Shown piece after piece: positions 38,003 through 51,754 of a stretch of DNA of 64,000 nucleotides; within the stretch, counting starts at the first letter, position 1; the number at the start of each line of letters is the position of its first letter. Both the position numbers and the translations under genes were made by a program. Source of the stretch: Octopus sinensis (taxonomy: Eukaryota); contig NC_042998.1 of the NCBI RefSeq assembly GCF_006345805.1, forward strand, positions 105,462,001-105,526,000. The letters run 5' to 3'. Under the pieces are notes generated by a model, which did no database searches, was not told the DNA's origin, and worked only from the letters and a program-made list of their open reading frames with translations.

Positions 38003-38862
38003 GTACAATATACCTTTCACTCAGGGCAAGAGGTCCTTTGTCACCAGTAGGGGTAGAAACTTTCTAAACTATGCCCAAGCTATTCTTATTCTAGTGGTAA
38101 CACTCTCAGAGCATCCACTCCCACTACTAACTTGGTCACCTAGGTAGTGGAAGCTATCGACTACTTCTGGTTTCTCCCACTGGAGTGTGAGGAAATCTAT
38201 TTTCTGATCATCTGTGATGTTTATTGGCACTGTGCATCTGCCACACATGAACGCTATCTTCCTGGTTAATTCTCCTTTGATGTTGTTGCACTCTTATGTG
38301 TCCATAGCTTACACTGGGTACATCTTATGGAGTTTCTACCTACACCTTTTCTACAGATGGAGCAGGGTCACCTGCTTGAGTGGGTGTGTGATGAGTTTTC
38401 CTTCCTACTTACGAGAACTTTGGTCTCTGCTACATTACACCTGAAACTACTTCTCTAGTTCTGGTAGTGATTCTGCTATGAGGGTCAGGTCATCGGCATA
38501 GAGAAGCTTCCAGGGACAACCTGTCTTGAATTCCTTTGTTATTGCCTGGAGGACTATGATGAATAAAAGGGGACTGAGGGCTGATCCTTAGTGGACCATT
38601 ACTTCTACCCGGAATTCTTCACTATACTCATTGCCAATCCTAAACTTACTAATGGCCTCTCTGTATAGGGCCTGTGCAGCCCTTATTAACCCTTTGTCAA
38701 TCCCCAGTTTCCATGTCACCCACCAGATAAAGGATCGAGGGACCCTGTCAAAGGCTTTCTCCAAGTTCACAAAAGCTAAGTATAGGGGTTTATCTTTAGC
38801 TAGGTATTTCTCCTGCTGTTGTTGAAACAGGAATATAGCATCAGTGGTGCTTCTTCCTGGCT
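38003..38862 (-). mobile_element. RTE (PHD-in-RT family) internal fragment
   Basis: NLEKAFDRVPRSFIWW...LIRAAQALYREAISKFRIGNEYSEEFRVEV and a YADD-coding region, colinear with 17730-18470. Confidence 0.9.
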
Positions 38863-39179
38863 CAACACTGTTATATATATATATAGTGGTTGTCTACTCC
38901 TTATGCAGAGTTTGACCACCTCCTGTACCTACACCTTAGAACCATCATGGCATCTGATGTGACTTTTTAAACAAGAAAATGTTTTGAAAAGACACCTACA
39001 TAGATTGCATGTTCAATTTGAACCACCAAGAGCTGCAGATAAGTTCTAATCTTTGTGGGTCTTAAAATGACTTTTGAGGCCTCCATTAGATTTTCAGACA
39101 TTTTGGCATACATTGCATTGAAAGGTGTGCAGATATACAGGCAGAATAGTTGGTGAAGGTTCGTTTTCCATGAGTTCGC

Positions 39180-39345
39180 AAATGAGATTTGAGCCCAGTA
39201 AAAGAAAGCATGGTCAGTCACAAAATTTGCATGCAAAAAGGTCATTGTGATTCAACTTCTCGATTGTAACATTCCTCCTTAAATCTCTCTTGAGTTTTGC
39301 ATGTGTTATCCTGGCCTCTTCAAATGCTTCACTCCACTCCACACT
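39180..39345 (-). mobile_element. RTE-type C-terminal fragment with CxxC
   Basis: EAFEEARITHAKLKRDLRR...LFACKFCD, similar in layout to 41177-41520. Confidence 0.45.
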
Positions 39346-39564
39346 TTTGAAAATAAAATTGACCTCAGCAGGATTTGAACTCAGAATGCAGATACCACAA
39401 AGCTTTCTAGCCAACCCTTTAACAATTCTATCAATTCACTACATTCAGTTTATATATGGTCTCGTGAAAACAGCCAATGAAAAAGAGATAATGTACACAG
39501 GACTGAACTCCATACTCCATGACTGAGAAGTAAACTTTTCAAACACTCAGATATACAGCTATAT

Positions 39565-39960
39565 TTTCTATTCTAGGCACAAGGCACGATACTTTGGAGG
39601 AGGGGCACAGTCGATTAGATTGACCACAGTACACAACTGGTACTTAATTTATTGACCCCGGAAAGAATGAAAGGCAAAGTTAACCGTGGTAGAATTTGAA
39701 CACAGAACATAACAGACGAAATACCAATTTCTTTACTACCCACAAGGAACTAAACACAGAGAGGACAATCAAGGACAGACAAACGGATTAAATCGATTAC
39801 ATCGACCCCAGTGCATATCTGGTACTTAATTTATCGACCCTGAAAGGATGAAAAGCAAAGTCGACCTCGGCAGAATTTGAACTCAGAACGCAGCAGCAGA
39901 CGAAATACTACTAAGCATTTGGCCCGGCGTGCTAACATTTCTGCCAGCTCGCCACCTTAG
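39565..39960 (-). mobile_element. Two adjacent SINE family B copies
   Basis: Minus-strand head AGGTGGCGAGCTGGCAGAA...GAGTTCAAATTC, then CTTTGCTTTTCATCCTTTCAGGGTCGATAAATTAAGTACCAG. The two copies have different 3' tails. Confidence 0.85.
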
Positions 39961-41054
39961 ATATACCACTATATGATATAAAGCATAGATAAGTAAGTCA
40001 CAACGCTCAATGTACACATCCCAACATCTTCACTAACAACACAATCACCAATTTTGTTTCATGTTCATGATGGTGATACTGAATTTTAGTTAAGTTGAAT
40101 ATTATGATTTTACTTCTTTACCTTTTTTTTTTCTTTTATCTCTTTGTCTCTGCACACTTGCTTATCCAACTAGTGTTATTTTCTGAAAACGATTTTGATT
40201 TATAAATCATACAAAATCTTAGAGTTGTTACATTTTCAGCTGCAGTTTCCTGGTGGAATTTGGTTGATGCCCCATTATTAATGATGAATATATGAGGAAA
40301 CAAGCAAGCAGTGAAAAAAAATCTGATTCTAAATGTAACAGACACAACAGATGCAACAAATGTAAAAAAGATCTCATTATTTAACTATTCTATAATTACA
40401 TGGAATTAAGTATGATTATTATATTACCACAGAGAAAGAAAAAAAAAAACAGAATTATGTGTGTACAAGTCTATATACATATGCAAAGTCTTCAGCTTTA
40501 CAAGGTGATTCATTTTAAGTTTTGGTTTATACCTATGTTCTCTCTTTTTTTAGTTTGACATTTGTTTGTAGATATTGGTTGGTAGAACTCTGCATGTGTG
40601 CATGTATGTGTGTGTGTGCGTGTGTGTGTGCATGTGCATGCATGTGCGTGCGTGTGTATCTGTGTTTGTGTCTATGTAACTATACAGTTTTGTATGAGCA
40701 CATATGCATTCCTGTTAAGTTTGTTTATAACATTCATGTTAAGTTTGTTTATAACATTCATGTTAAGTTTCTTTTTAGTTATGTGATTACTGAGTGCTTG
40801 TGTGTATATATGTGTGTGACAGAACTTTTGTATTTGCATGAGTGCATGTATGTAAGTATGTGTATACATATGTGTGTGTGTATGTGTATACATAGATAAA
40901 TACAAATATATATATATATATTTGTATTACATACAGGTTTTTTCTGAAACTTCAGATTTTACAATATGCTAGACCACTGGTTTTAAATTGATATTAATCA
41001 AATTAATATTCAATTTTTCACCCTTATTATTTTAAATTTATATATATTTGTATT

Positions 41055-41086
<32 letters not shown>

Positions 41087-41176
41087 TGTATGTGTATGTA
41101 TGTATGTGTGTATGTATGTATGTATGTATGTATGTGTGTGTGTATGTATGTATGCATGTATTTATGTATGTATGTA

Positions 41177-41520
41177 GAAGCCAAGACTGCGATTTAAGGA
41201 CTGTGTAAAGTCCCAATTAAAGGCCTGTGAAATGCAGGAGGCTGACTGGAAGAACAGTCCTTGTCATTACTACAGATGGAAGAAACAGGTAAAGGAGGGA
41301 GTCGATACCTTTGAAAGCACACATATTCTTCATGAAGAATTGAAGAGTGCTACTCGAAAACACTGCTAGAATAATGAATGTAGAAAGCTTGGTCTGCAAT
41401 GTTTGCAGTCATGTATGATTGCCAAAGCTGGGCTTGCTAGTCACCAACAGAGCTTCAAGTGTAAAGTATAAGGTACTCTTGAGTGCACAGTGTTCTTAAA
41501 GGTCAATAATGATTTCCTCA
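41177..41520 (+). mobile_element. RTE/BovB-like LINE 3' end with terminal zinc-finger remnant
   Basis: My translation gives KPRLRFKDCVKSQLKACEM...W...RWKKQVKEGVDTFE, then VCNVCSHV, a typical RTE C-terminus. Confidence 0.6.
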
Positions 41521-41689
41521 GTCATGAGTGGATGGTCATTATGTATATGTGTGTGGGTGTGTATGTGTGCTCATATATGAGTGTAAGTGTGTGCGTGATT
41601 GAGTTTCCTTGTCTTGATACCAGATGAGAGTAGTAAATGATGAGAGAAGTCACTGTCATACAAGCAGTATGATTGATTTCCAATAAAGT

Positions 41690-41900
41690 GGTAAGCTGGC
41701 TGAATCGTTAGCACTCCAGGCAAAAATGCTTAATGGCACTTTATCTGTTATTACGTTCTGAGTTCAAATTCCATCAAGATTGACTTTGCTTTTCATCTTT
41801 TCAGGGTCAATAAAATAAGTACCAGTTGAGTACTGGGGTTAATGAAACTGTCTTACCCCCTTCCCCAAACTTACTGGCCTTGTGCCAGAATTTGAAACCA
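41690..41900 (+). mobile_element. SINE family B
   Basis: GTGGTAAGCTGGCTGAATCGTTAGC...GTTCTGAGTTCAAATTCC...TTTCATCTTTTCAGGGTCAATAAAATAAGTACCAG. Confidence 0.8.
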
Positions 41901-42422
41901 ATATTTCATGAGAACATGGCTGGCCAAAGGAAAACATTACTTCGATTGGAAACAGATGAGGATTAGTAACAGGAAAGGCATATGGCCATAGAAAATCTGC
42001 CTCAATAAACTATCTGACCCATGCAAGCAAGAAAAAGTAGATGGTGAAAGAATGATGATTATATGGGTGTGTGTGTGACTGTGTGTATGTATGAATGTAT
42101 CTTTATATGGAATAGGAGGTAAATTGGCAGGATTAGAGCATTTGATACAGTGTTTTGTGTTATTTGCTCTACCTCTTTGTACAGTGTTCAAATTCAAGCT
42201 GGGTGCCAGAAGCCATGACTAAATACCTGCTAAGAACATAGTCTCTAATGCACAATAGCTAACATAGAAAGATTAGCCTAAAACATGCAGAAAATCCAAC
42301 AACAGAAACTGAGGCTTCAAACCATACATATATATATGTATGTATTTATATGTATGTATGTATGTATGTATACACATATATATATATATATAAACATATA
42401 TATATATATATATATACATATA

Positions 42423-42478
<56 letters not shown>

Positions 42479-42482
<4 letters not shown>

Positions 42483-43832
42483 GATGGTGCAAAGGTAATA
42501 GCTGATTTTAAGGTCTCTATTAAAAGTGAAAAAGCCTATGATTAAGACAATATTTATTTAACAGAATTTCCATTGCTTTCTAGAACTTCATTCCATCTGT
42601 CAACAAGCTTATAAATGCTATGCTTTTAAAATTGCTTAGGTTTTGATACAAAATATGAATCCAACTCATTGATGTCAACCTAAGACCATTCAAATGGTTC
42701 TGTAATCCCCGAAACAAGTGATAATCAGAAGGAGCAATGTCTGGAGAATATAGAGGATGAAGCAATATTTCCCAACCAAGCTCTTCCAAGAGATCTTTGG
42801 TCAGTCAAGCTGCGTGAGGATGAGCGTTATCATAGTGAAAGATGACACCCTTTCTTTTGACTAAGCAGGGGCGCTTTCTGTTCAAAGCAGCTTTCAAATG
42901 ATGATGTTGATCTCAGTAAAGATCGGCAGGAATTGTTTGATTGTTGTCATGGACAATTCCTTCAATATCCCACCATACAGACATACATGATCTTCCTTGG
43001 ATGAAGTCCTCCTTTTGATTATTGAACAGGTAGGTCTTCCTTCTTGATCGATCGACAACTGGCAGCATTTAACATTATGATAAAGGATCCACTTTTCATC
43101 ACCTGTAACAAGCCTTCCTAAAATTAGTTCCTTAAGGAGTCATGAAAGCAATGACTGACAACAAACAACATGCTGTTGCAGATTCTCTGGAGACAGTTGA
43201 TGTGGTACCCATTTTCCAACCAATGAAACCTTTCCAATCCTTTTCGGCTGGTGCAGAACAGTTGTATGGTCTACGTTTAACTGTTCTGCAAGTTCTCTAC
43301 AAATAGTGGTTGGATTTTCTGTGACAACAGTTTCCAATTCTTCAGAATCAAGTTGTTTTGAACGACCGTTTTTTTGGCTCATCATTCAAACTCAGATCCC
43401 CACTTCTGAAGTGAGAAAACCATCTCCTGCAACTTCTTTCACTCACTATATCATTCTTATAAACTCTCTCAAGAGACTTTGCTGCTGTGCTTGCATTGAC
43501 ACCTTTATGAAACTCATAGAGTAAGACATGTCAAATGTGATCTTTAGATGGGATGAACATAGGTGTGAATACAGCAGAAGATTATGGCCAATGCAATCAG
43601 AATCTGAAAAAAAATGTATAAATTACTCATTGTGACATACTTAAAACTTTGCAAGAGGAACAATTTTAGAAAGTACTTTCTAAAACTGATAAGTAATATC
43701 GTAGCCACTTCAATTTGAATGGATAGCCATGTTGAAGTGGCTACAAATATTACTTGTCAGATTTTAGAGCTAGCATTTTTACTATCTAAAACTGTTTTCT
43801 TAAGCATCAGTCATTACTTTTGCACTAACCTG

Positions 43833-43833
<1 letters not shown>
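42479..43833 (-). mobile_element. Full-length degenerate mariner (Hsmar1/cecropia-like TIRs)
   Basis: TA|TCAGGATGGTGCAAAGGTAAT...ATTACTTTTGCACTAACCTGA|TA. Minus-strand transposase remnants GKWVPHQL and HPLYSPDIAPSDYHLFRGLQNHL. Inserted in a TA run. Confidence 0.93.
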
Positions 43834-43865
<32 letters not shown>

Positions 43866-43971
43866 AATGTTGTGTCTAGGGAGAGTCATTATGCCAATAT
43901 TGTCTCAACACACAAATTCACATAAAGGATCTTGCAAACCAGAAACAAAAACGAAGTATATATATATATAT

Positions 43972-44305
43972 TGGAGACCCCCTTCGGTCACGAATGACCA
44001 TGAGATTGCATCTAGAAAGTTACCCTTCAAGGCACAAATCTGGGTAAAGTTATTTTATGGAAGACCGCCAGTCGCCCATGCATACCAGCCTCCCCTCTCC
44101 ATGTCACTGATTTTATCCAAGAGAAAGGCAACGGCCGATACAGCTTGGCATCAGTGATGTTGCAGCTCATTTCTACACCTGAGTGAACTGGAGCAACATG
44201 AAATAAAGTGTCTTGCTCAAGAACACAACATGCAGCTCGGTCCGGGATTCAAACTCACAACCTCACGTTCATAAGATTGACGCTCTAACCACTGAGCCAT
44301 GCACC

Positions 44306-44308
<3 letters not shown>
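43972..44308 (-). mobile_element. CORE-type SINE family C
   Basis: Minus-strand tRNA-like head GAAGGTGCATGGCTCAGTGGTTAGAGCG...GAGTTTGAATCCC, then TTGAGCAAGACACTTTATTTCATGTTGCTCCAGTTCACTCAG (CORE-like). Confidence 0.8.
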
Positions 44309-44363
<55 letters not shown>

Positions 44364-44429
44364 CATGTGTGCTTCACATATATATATATATATTGGTTTC
44401 ATATATTTATATTTATATATATATATATA

Positions 44430-44950
44430 TAAGAAGCCTCAGATGTAGTGCATAAGAGAGACAACTGCACTTGTATGGTCATGTGTTGCATATGAATGAG
44501 GACAGCTGTGTGAAAAAGTGCCACACCCTAGCAGTAGAGGGAACCTGTGGAAGAGGTAGACCCAGGAAGACCTGAGATGGGGTGGTGAAGCATGACCTTT
44601 GAACGTTGGGCCTCACCAAGGGGATGACAAGTGACTTAGACATTTGGAGATATGCTGTGCTTGAGAAGACCCAGCAAGCAAAGTGAGATCATAGTCGTGG
44701 CTGATGCCACTGTTGCATAATCGGCTTCAATCATCAGGCAATAAACTACGCTTGCGAAGACCTGTTGACGTAAGTGAAATCGTTGTCACGGCTGATGACA
44801 ATACTGCCTGATTGGCACCCGTGCTGGGTGCACATAAAAAATGCCATTCGAGCATGACCATTACCAGTGCCACCTGACTGGCTCCCATGCCAGTGGCACA
44901 TAAAAAGCACTATTCAAGCCTGGTTGATGCCAATACCACCTGAGTGGCCC
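44430..44950 (+). mobile_element. RTE ORF end and proximal 3' UTR fragment
   Basis: Matches 18630-18860 (CVKKCHTL..EG..GRGRPRKT) followed by repeat units. Confidence 0.85.
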
Positions 44951-44956
44951 ACATTA

Positions 44957-45716
44957 CAGTCAACATCATAGTGTTTGGAGTGATCACGAGTGATGGTGAC
45001 ATTATGCCTCCATTCATCTTCCCACACAGTCTCACACTCAACATGGAGGCCCACATCAAGTGCCTGGAGGAGGTAGTGTTGCCCTGGGTCAAGAGGGTGG
45101 TTGCTGGAAGACCCTATGTCTAGCAACAGGAGTCTGCACCATACCACACAAACAGGAGAATATAGCCATGGCTGTCAGACAATTTCTGTGACCACATCAA
45201 CCCTAACATCTGGACACCTAACTCCCCAGACTTCAAACCACTTGATTATTATGTGTAGGGTGCAGTTGAGCAAGAGACCAACAAAACTCCTTGTAACATG
45301 AACGATGAACTGAAGGCAAGGATTATGGCAGCATTCACCAACTTAAACAAGGAGACCATCCAAAAGAGTTGCAGGAGATTCTGAGGTCATCTGGATGCCG
45401 TAGTTGGAGCTAATGACGATTTTATTGAATAAATTTACTCTTTAGTATTTCAAGATATTTTTATGTAATTTTGATAAATATATCTTACACTCTCGGAGTG
45501 GTTGGCATTAGGAAGGACATCCGGCTGTAGAAACTCTGCCAAATCAAGATTGGAGCCTGGTGCAACCATCTGGTTCGCCAGCCCTCAGTCAAAATCGTCC
45601 AACCCATGCTAGCATGGAAAGTGGACGTTAAACGATGATGATATCTGTTAAAATGAGATGTCAGTGTTATTTTCATTTTTGCGTAATGTAGACGACCATT
45701 TATTTACCACACCCTA
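44957..45716 (+). mobile_element. maT (DD37D) transposon 3' half, split by an RTE tail insertion
   Basis: My translation gives VFGVITSDGDIMPPFIF...VLPWVKRVVAGRPYV*QQESAPYH...WTPNSPDFKPLDYYV, with 37 residues between the second and third catalytic positions. The element resumes at 45642 and ends ...ACCACACCC-TATA. Confidence 0.8.
45486..45640 (+). mobile_element. Short RTE 3' terminus insertion with TSD ATATCT
   Basis: ATATCT at 45480-85 and 45641-46 flanks TACACTCTCGGAGTGG...GGACGTTAAACGATGATG. Confidence 0.8.
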
Positions 45717-46695
45717 TATATAGGCGTTAAGTGGGCATCCAGCTGAAGAAGTCATGCCAAAGCAGACAGTAAAGCTTGGCACAGCCCTCTGAGTTGCCTG
45801 CTCTTGTGAAAGTAACCAATCCACCCCAGCATGATAAACGAACGTTAAATGATGATGATGATGACAATGACGACGACGACGACGATGACGATGATGGTGG
45901 TGGTGATGATGATAATGATGATGATGATGATAACGATGACATACATATGTGTGTATGTGTGTGTTTATATACATTACACCACATAAATGATCCCTTAATG
46001 CACTAACTACATTGAACTTTGACTTTTCCCAAAGTTTACACTGCCTGAAGCTATGATGTTAGACCCATATGCTATCACACATTCTTGTGTGGATATACTG
46101 TAGATGTTATATGAAGTACCTCTGAATATCTGTTGTGTTTTATACTGACTTACATATGTTTGGCTAATTTGGTATTGTTCTTCTAGAAGCTAAAAAATGT
46201 GTACATGCACCCAAAAGTCTTACAACATCAGATTTTTGCTTGTATCTGTTGTAGTATTTAAAGGGAGAGAGGTTGCTATGCAACATGCCTACATGTGTGT
46301 ATATATGTCTACGGGAGTTTTACTGTATGCATACATGTGTATTAATTCACATTTGTGTGAAGTGTCTTTATATGTGAGTGCCTTTATATGAGTGTGTGAA
46401 CATGAATGTATATGTGTATGCGTACTCACACAGCATCAGACAACCTGCTTGGATAACAAACTTTGATTTTCAGATCTATCTACAAATGAACTAACTGAAG
46501 GCTACGTCAATCATACCAAAACTGTTGTGATCCAAATATCAAATAAATGCCAAGACAAACAAATTTACTCTCTTCTTGTTTTCACAACTTAATATATGCC
46601 AATGACTGTTATTGTTATTACTGCATTACTGACCCAAGGACTTACTATTTTGCTTCCTTCTCTCAATAGTGTGGATATATATATATATATATATA

Positions 46696-47951
46696 CAGGG
46701 ATTGGACAAAATAATGGAAACATCTAGCATCATAGCATCATAATTTTGAAATATCTATAAAACTATCAAAAGTTTATGTATTTTAATTTTTTTTTTATTT
46801 ATTATCAGTGTTGCTTAATATGTTTTGCTAAAATTGCTGTTTCTTTTCAGATATCATCTGAAAATGCTAATTAAAATTCATTAAAATGACAGATCTATTG
46901 GATTTTCAAAGAGGTCAAATTGTCGGTGCTCGTATGGCAGGTGCTAGTATAATGAAAACAGCTGAAATGTTTGGTATATCAATATGTACTGTCTCAAAAG
47001 TAATGACTGCCATTGAGAAAGATGGAAAAATCTCCTCATCGAAACAAAACTCTGGAAGAAAACCAAAACTTTCAGATTGGGACTGTCAGACTCTTACACA
47101 AATTTTTAGAAAGGATCACAAAAGTACAGCACCCAAAATTACTGCAGAGTTTAATGACCACCTCGAGAACCCAATTTCCAAAGAAACTGTTTGCCGGGAG
47201 CTGCACAAAGCCAGATTTCACGGGAGGGCCGCAATCAGAAACCCACTACTTTCAAAAACAAACGTTGCAAAGTGTTTAGAATGGAGTAAAAACCTACAAA
47301 ATTGGTCCCTAGAACAGTGGAAGAATGTTATTTTCTTGGATGAGTCATCCTTTACCTTATTTCTGACCACTGGCTGAGTATATGCATGGAGACAGCCAAA
47401 AGAAGCATTTGACCCAGACTGCCTTCTTCCAACTGTTAAACATAGAGGAGGATCTGTGATGATCTGGAAGGCTATATCTTGGAAATCCACCAGCCCAATG
47501 GTTCCCCTTCATGGTAGAATTAATAATCAAGACTATTTAAGCATTTTATCTGATCAAATTCATCCCATGGTTGCAGAACTGTTTCTGGAGGGAAACACAA
47601 TCTTTCAGGATGATAATGCACAAATTCACACAGCTAAAGTTGTTACTAAATGGCACGAGGAACATCTTATCTGACCACCACAGTCCCCGGATCTCAATAT
47701 TATCGAACATTTATGGTTCATTTTAAAAAAACAAGTAGGATGTCGATAACCTCCAGCATCATCACTACAAAAACTGGAGACTGTTTTAGCTGAAGAATGG
47801 ACAAAAATTCTTTTGGAAACAATTCAAAATTTGTAAGAATCCATACCTTATAGAATTCAAGTTGTAATTACTGCCAAAAGCGGTCTTACCCCATATTAAA
47901 ATAAATTTGTTTGAAATTTTAAGGTGTTTCCATTATTTTGCCCAACCCATG
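46696..47951 (+). mobile_element. Full-length degenerate Tc1-like transposon
   Basis: TA|CAGGGATTGGACAAAATAATGGAAACA...TGTTTCCATTATTTTGCCCAACCCATG|TA. Transposase MTDLLDFQRGQIVGARMAG...GRKPKLS...WKNVIFLDESSF...FQDDNA..H...PPQSPDLNIIEHLW, broken by stops. Confidence 0.95.
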
Positions 47952-47957
47952 TATATA

Positions 47958-48150
47958 TCATCATCATCATCATCATCATTTAGCGTCCACTTTCCATGCT
48001 AGCATGGGTTGGACGGTTCAACTGGGGTCTGGGAAGCCAGAAGGCTGCACCAGGCCCAGTCTGATCTGGCAATGTTTCTACGGCTGGATGCCCTTCCTAA
48101 CGCCAACCAGTCTGTGAGTGTAGTGGGTGCTTTTTACGTGCCACCAGCAC
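47958..48150 (-). mobile_element. RTE 3' terminus fragment
   Basis: Reverse complement of 19780-19957 including the (CAT)n tail. Confidence 0.85.
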
Positions 48151-48168
48151 AGACGGTATGTATGTATG

Positions 48169-48202
<34 letters not shown>

Positions 48203-48354
48203 TGTATGTATGTATGTATATGGGGAGGGGTATGTGTGGGTCTGTCTGATGTGTCCGAGTGTAAAAATGTCCATCACTAACTTCTGTTTATGCTTCTTCT
48301 TTTAATATCCTGTTATGTCTCCTATCATCCTCCAATCTGTTATACCAACTTGCT

Positions 48355-48590
48355 CTATTTCTTTATTGCCCACAGGTGGCTAAACAGAGAGGGAACAAAC
48401 AAGGACAGACAAAGGGATTAAGTAGATTGCATCGACCCCATTGTGTAACTGGTACTTATTTAATCGCCTCCGAAAGGATGAAAAGCAAAAGTTGACCTCG
48501 GCAGAATTTGAACTCAGAACATAATGGCAGGCAAAATACCACTAAGCATTTCGCCTGGCATGCTAACATTTCTGCCAGCTCACCACCTTG
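48355..48590 (-). mobile_element. SINE family B
   Basis: Closely matches 39728-39960. Confidence 0.82.
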
Positions 48591-49699
48591 CTTATTCATA
48601 ATATACATGCCAGGAGTATATAAGGGCATGCAACAAAAATTGTATTGCAGTTTTTACTGATAATACCAATGACATGAGCAGCTAGATTGCATAGATGGGT
48701 CACACAGCTTGCTCAATAACAAAAATCAACTTGCAGAAAAGCATATGTGTTAAATAAGGCATGAAAATACCAGCTGCATTTTTTATTACTGAATAATGCA
48801 ACCAGAACTCCTTCTCACCCAGCCTATCCAAGTATGTGATGGTTATGGTCAAACGAAATGGTGTGTAGAAGTGGAGTGTAGAACTACTTACTGAGCCTAC
48901 ATTTTGATAATGTGTCATGCCTTATAGCAGATTTTAAAATTATACACATATATACTCTGTCTCTCCATTCTCCATCATTCAAAACATTTTCTAAGCGTTA
49001 CCCACTATTCTCATATTCTTGGTTCATCCACCATCCTAAATCACACTCTGTGTTGTTTTGCTTGTTTTGTTTCATTTTATTTACCCTAATTCTACGCAAG
49101 AAACTATTTTTTTGCATGCACTGCCAATTGGGGAGCATTCAGTTTTATTGTGAAACTGAAGAGTACCATTGGTTGAAAACTGATAAAGAATTATGGACTT
49201 TCTGTCTCTTGTTTGTTTTTACATTCAGTATATGTTATGTTGTTTGTTTATACATTTTTTTCATTTATCAAGTAAAGGAATGCAACACACTGAATTTGTT
49301 TTAATAAGTGAGTTTATATATATATATGAGAAAATGATATGACAAAGGAATAAATGATTATCTTATGAACTTCATTAGCTTACACCTTTTCTGCATTAAG
49401 ATGCACATACAAAACACTCTTTCCTGGTGCTATATCTTTTAAAACATATTGTCGATAAATTTTATATGCAATGGATAATTGTTGATTGCTGCTATTTTCA
49501 ATGTAATTACAATTCAAGATAACTGGGAAGAAGCCCTCCAGTTGAATTGAATGCAATAGCATCAAAAGGAATTTTAAAAGGATTACATTTGTTGTTTTAT
49601 AAATACTTGGTGCAGAAGAACAAATCAGCCACCTAACTAAATCATTTAAGCTTGCAACATCTACAGGAGAAGCAAAATGGGACAACTGGAAGAAGTTAC

Positions 49700-50150
49700 T
49701 CTATTAACTGTTTGGACCACAGATCTAATGAGCTGTTTAAAATACAACAGCTCTTGGATGTATGACAAGAGGATCAGAATCGATATAATGTGCTTATAAG
49801 CACTATAATAATTTTAATAAAAGCCAAAAATTTGTATGCTAACTTTCAGAAAAAGGCAAGTGAAATATCTAATGAAAAACTTTTTCTAGCTAGTAAAGGC
49901 TGGTTTAAAGGTTTAAGAAGATCTTGAATTTGCACAGCATAAAAATGACTAGCAAAGCTGCCAGTAATGATACAAAAGTTGCTATTAATCATCTTGAGCA
50001 GCTGAAACTAAAAATGAGAATGATTGCTGTACTGGGATACACACTGGAGCATTGATGAAATTATACTTTGCTAGAAGCTCATGATCTCTGGTACTTTATT
50101 TCTATTAAAGAAAAATCAACACCACGATTTAAAGCTTCCACAAGTCATCT
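49700..50150 (+). mobile_element. pogo/Tigger-type transposase relic
   Basis: My translation gives IKAKNLYANFQ...FLASKGWFKG, LHSIKMTSKAASND and FISIKEKSTPRFKAS, matching the CENP-B-type HTH and the start of the DDE domain (F.ASKGWF, GEAASAD, EK..PGFKA). Confidence 0.7.
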
Positions 50151-50650
50151 GGAGGATCCTTGTATTTGCTTTTGAAAATAATTTGGATTTTATTTGAATC
50201 TCACGAAATATATCAGCTCTATAGATACTCTTAAGATACAGAAATATTTGTCTCTGTCATCTAAAAATATTGGTGCAAATACAATTACACTTTATAGATG
50301 ACTGCAAAGGCAGAAATAACTTTAAGCCACAAACTTTTAAAATCTACCCTATTACAGTATTATGATTCTTATCTATTCCATTAAGCATTTCATTTTCAAA
50401 TATATTCAAGTATAAATATTTCTGCTTTGTGTGCTTAGAAATTATTTTCATAACTAAAGATAGTCATATTGCTTTTCTTTTTTTCTTTTCTAACATTCTC
50501 AAAATCAGTTGGAAGGCATTATCACTTTGTAACATCAAAATCATTGGGAAAACTATTTTGCATTGTGGGATTTTGTGTTACAGCAACTTTTTCAGGAACA
50601 CACTACTTCCATAATACATAGAATTCATACATACATACATACATACATAC

Positions 50651-50701
<51 letters not shown>

Positions 50702-50853
50702 TGCATGCACATGCACACACACATGACAGAATTAAATAGAAACCCTTATAATCATTAAAATTATTTAAATCTGAAATTATATATTCAAATTATTTATTAA
50801 TTGTTATAAAGTGAAAATTTAATATTTAGTAGACATGCTCTTTGCATTTTTCA

Positions 50854-50911
<58 letters not shown>

Positions 50912-50915
50912 ATAT

Positions 50916-50969
<54 letters not shown>

Positions 50970-51754
50970 TACATATATATATATATACATACATACAAAT
51001 TTATGTTTACATATGCATACACACACATATATTATTTACTGTACACTGTAAAAAGTTATGAGCCACTAATAGCTTCATACATTGGAGATGTAGTTTAGGT
51101 AAGTTTTAGTAACACACCTTGTATCTCCAAACAATCTTCAGTTTCTGACCACGGGGCCTATACAATTCACAAATCAGAACACTAGAACAAGATAAATCAT
51201 GAGATAAAACAAGAGTTGGATACAAAATGTGGAAGGTGGAAAAACAGAAAAAGAAAAGAAGAAAATAAATTATGTCCCCTTTGTCCATAAATTTCTAATA
51301 AAGTTAGTTGTAGAATGAATCAATGGAAAGGGGTACAAAGTCTGTGATACTGCTACTCAACTTAGAGAAAGAAATTTGTCCATATATCTGCATTTGCTGA
51401 AAATTTCTGATCTGGAATTCAACAGTGTGCTGGAATTCGTAGATCTGAAAAGGATTTGTGATCTTTCAGTTAGGCATAAGTTGAGTTTCTTAGATCCATT
51501 CACATAAGGTATGGATTATTCAATGAATTTTCCATTTGATTGTATGTGGTGTCAAGCTGGTTTTTTAAACCCCATTCACAATTAGTCAACTTCATGGTTT
51601 TACTTTTGTCAAAATTACCTATCTTCTTTCCAGTACATTCAAAAGTGCACACTCACACACACATGCACGCACACATGCATACACACACACATGCACATGC
51701 ATGAACACACATTTATGTATACAGATGCATATACATGAGTGCACAAGTACAGAC

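Noticed and set aside
40711-40770. 24-bp tandem duplication (also a ~27-bp duplication at 29046-29101)
   Set aside because: Simple local slippage duplications with no further structure.
48700-48918. 72-aa minus-strand ORF in unique sequence
   Set aside because: No recognisable motif or consistent exon boundaries; its length is within chance expectation.
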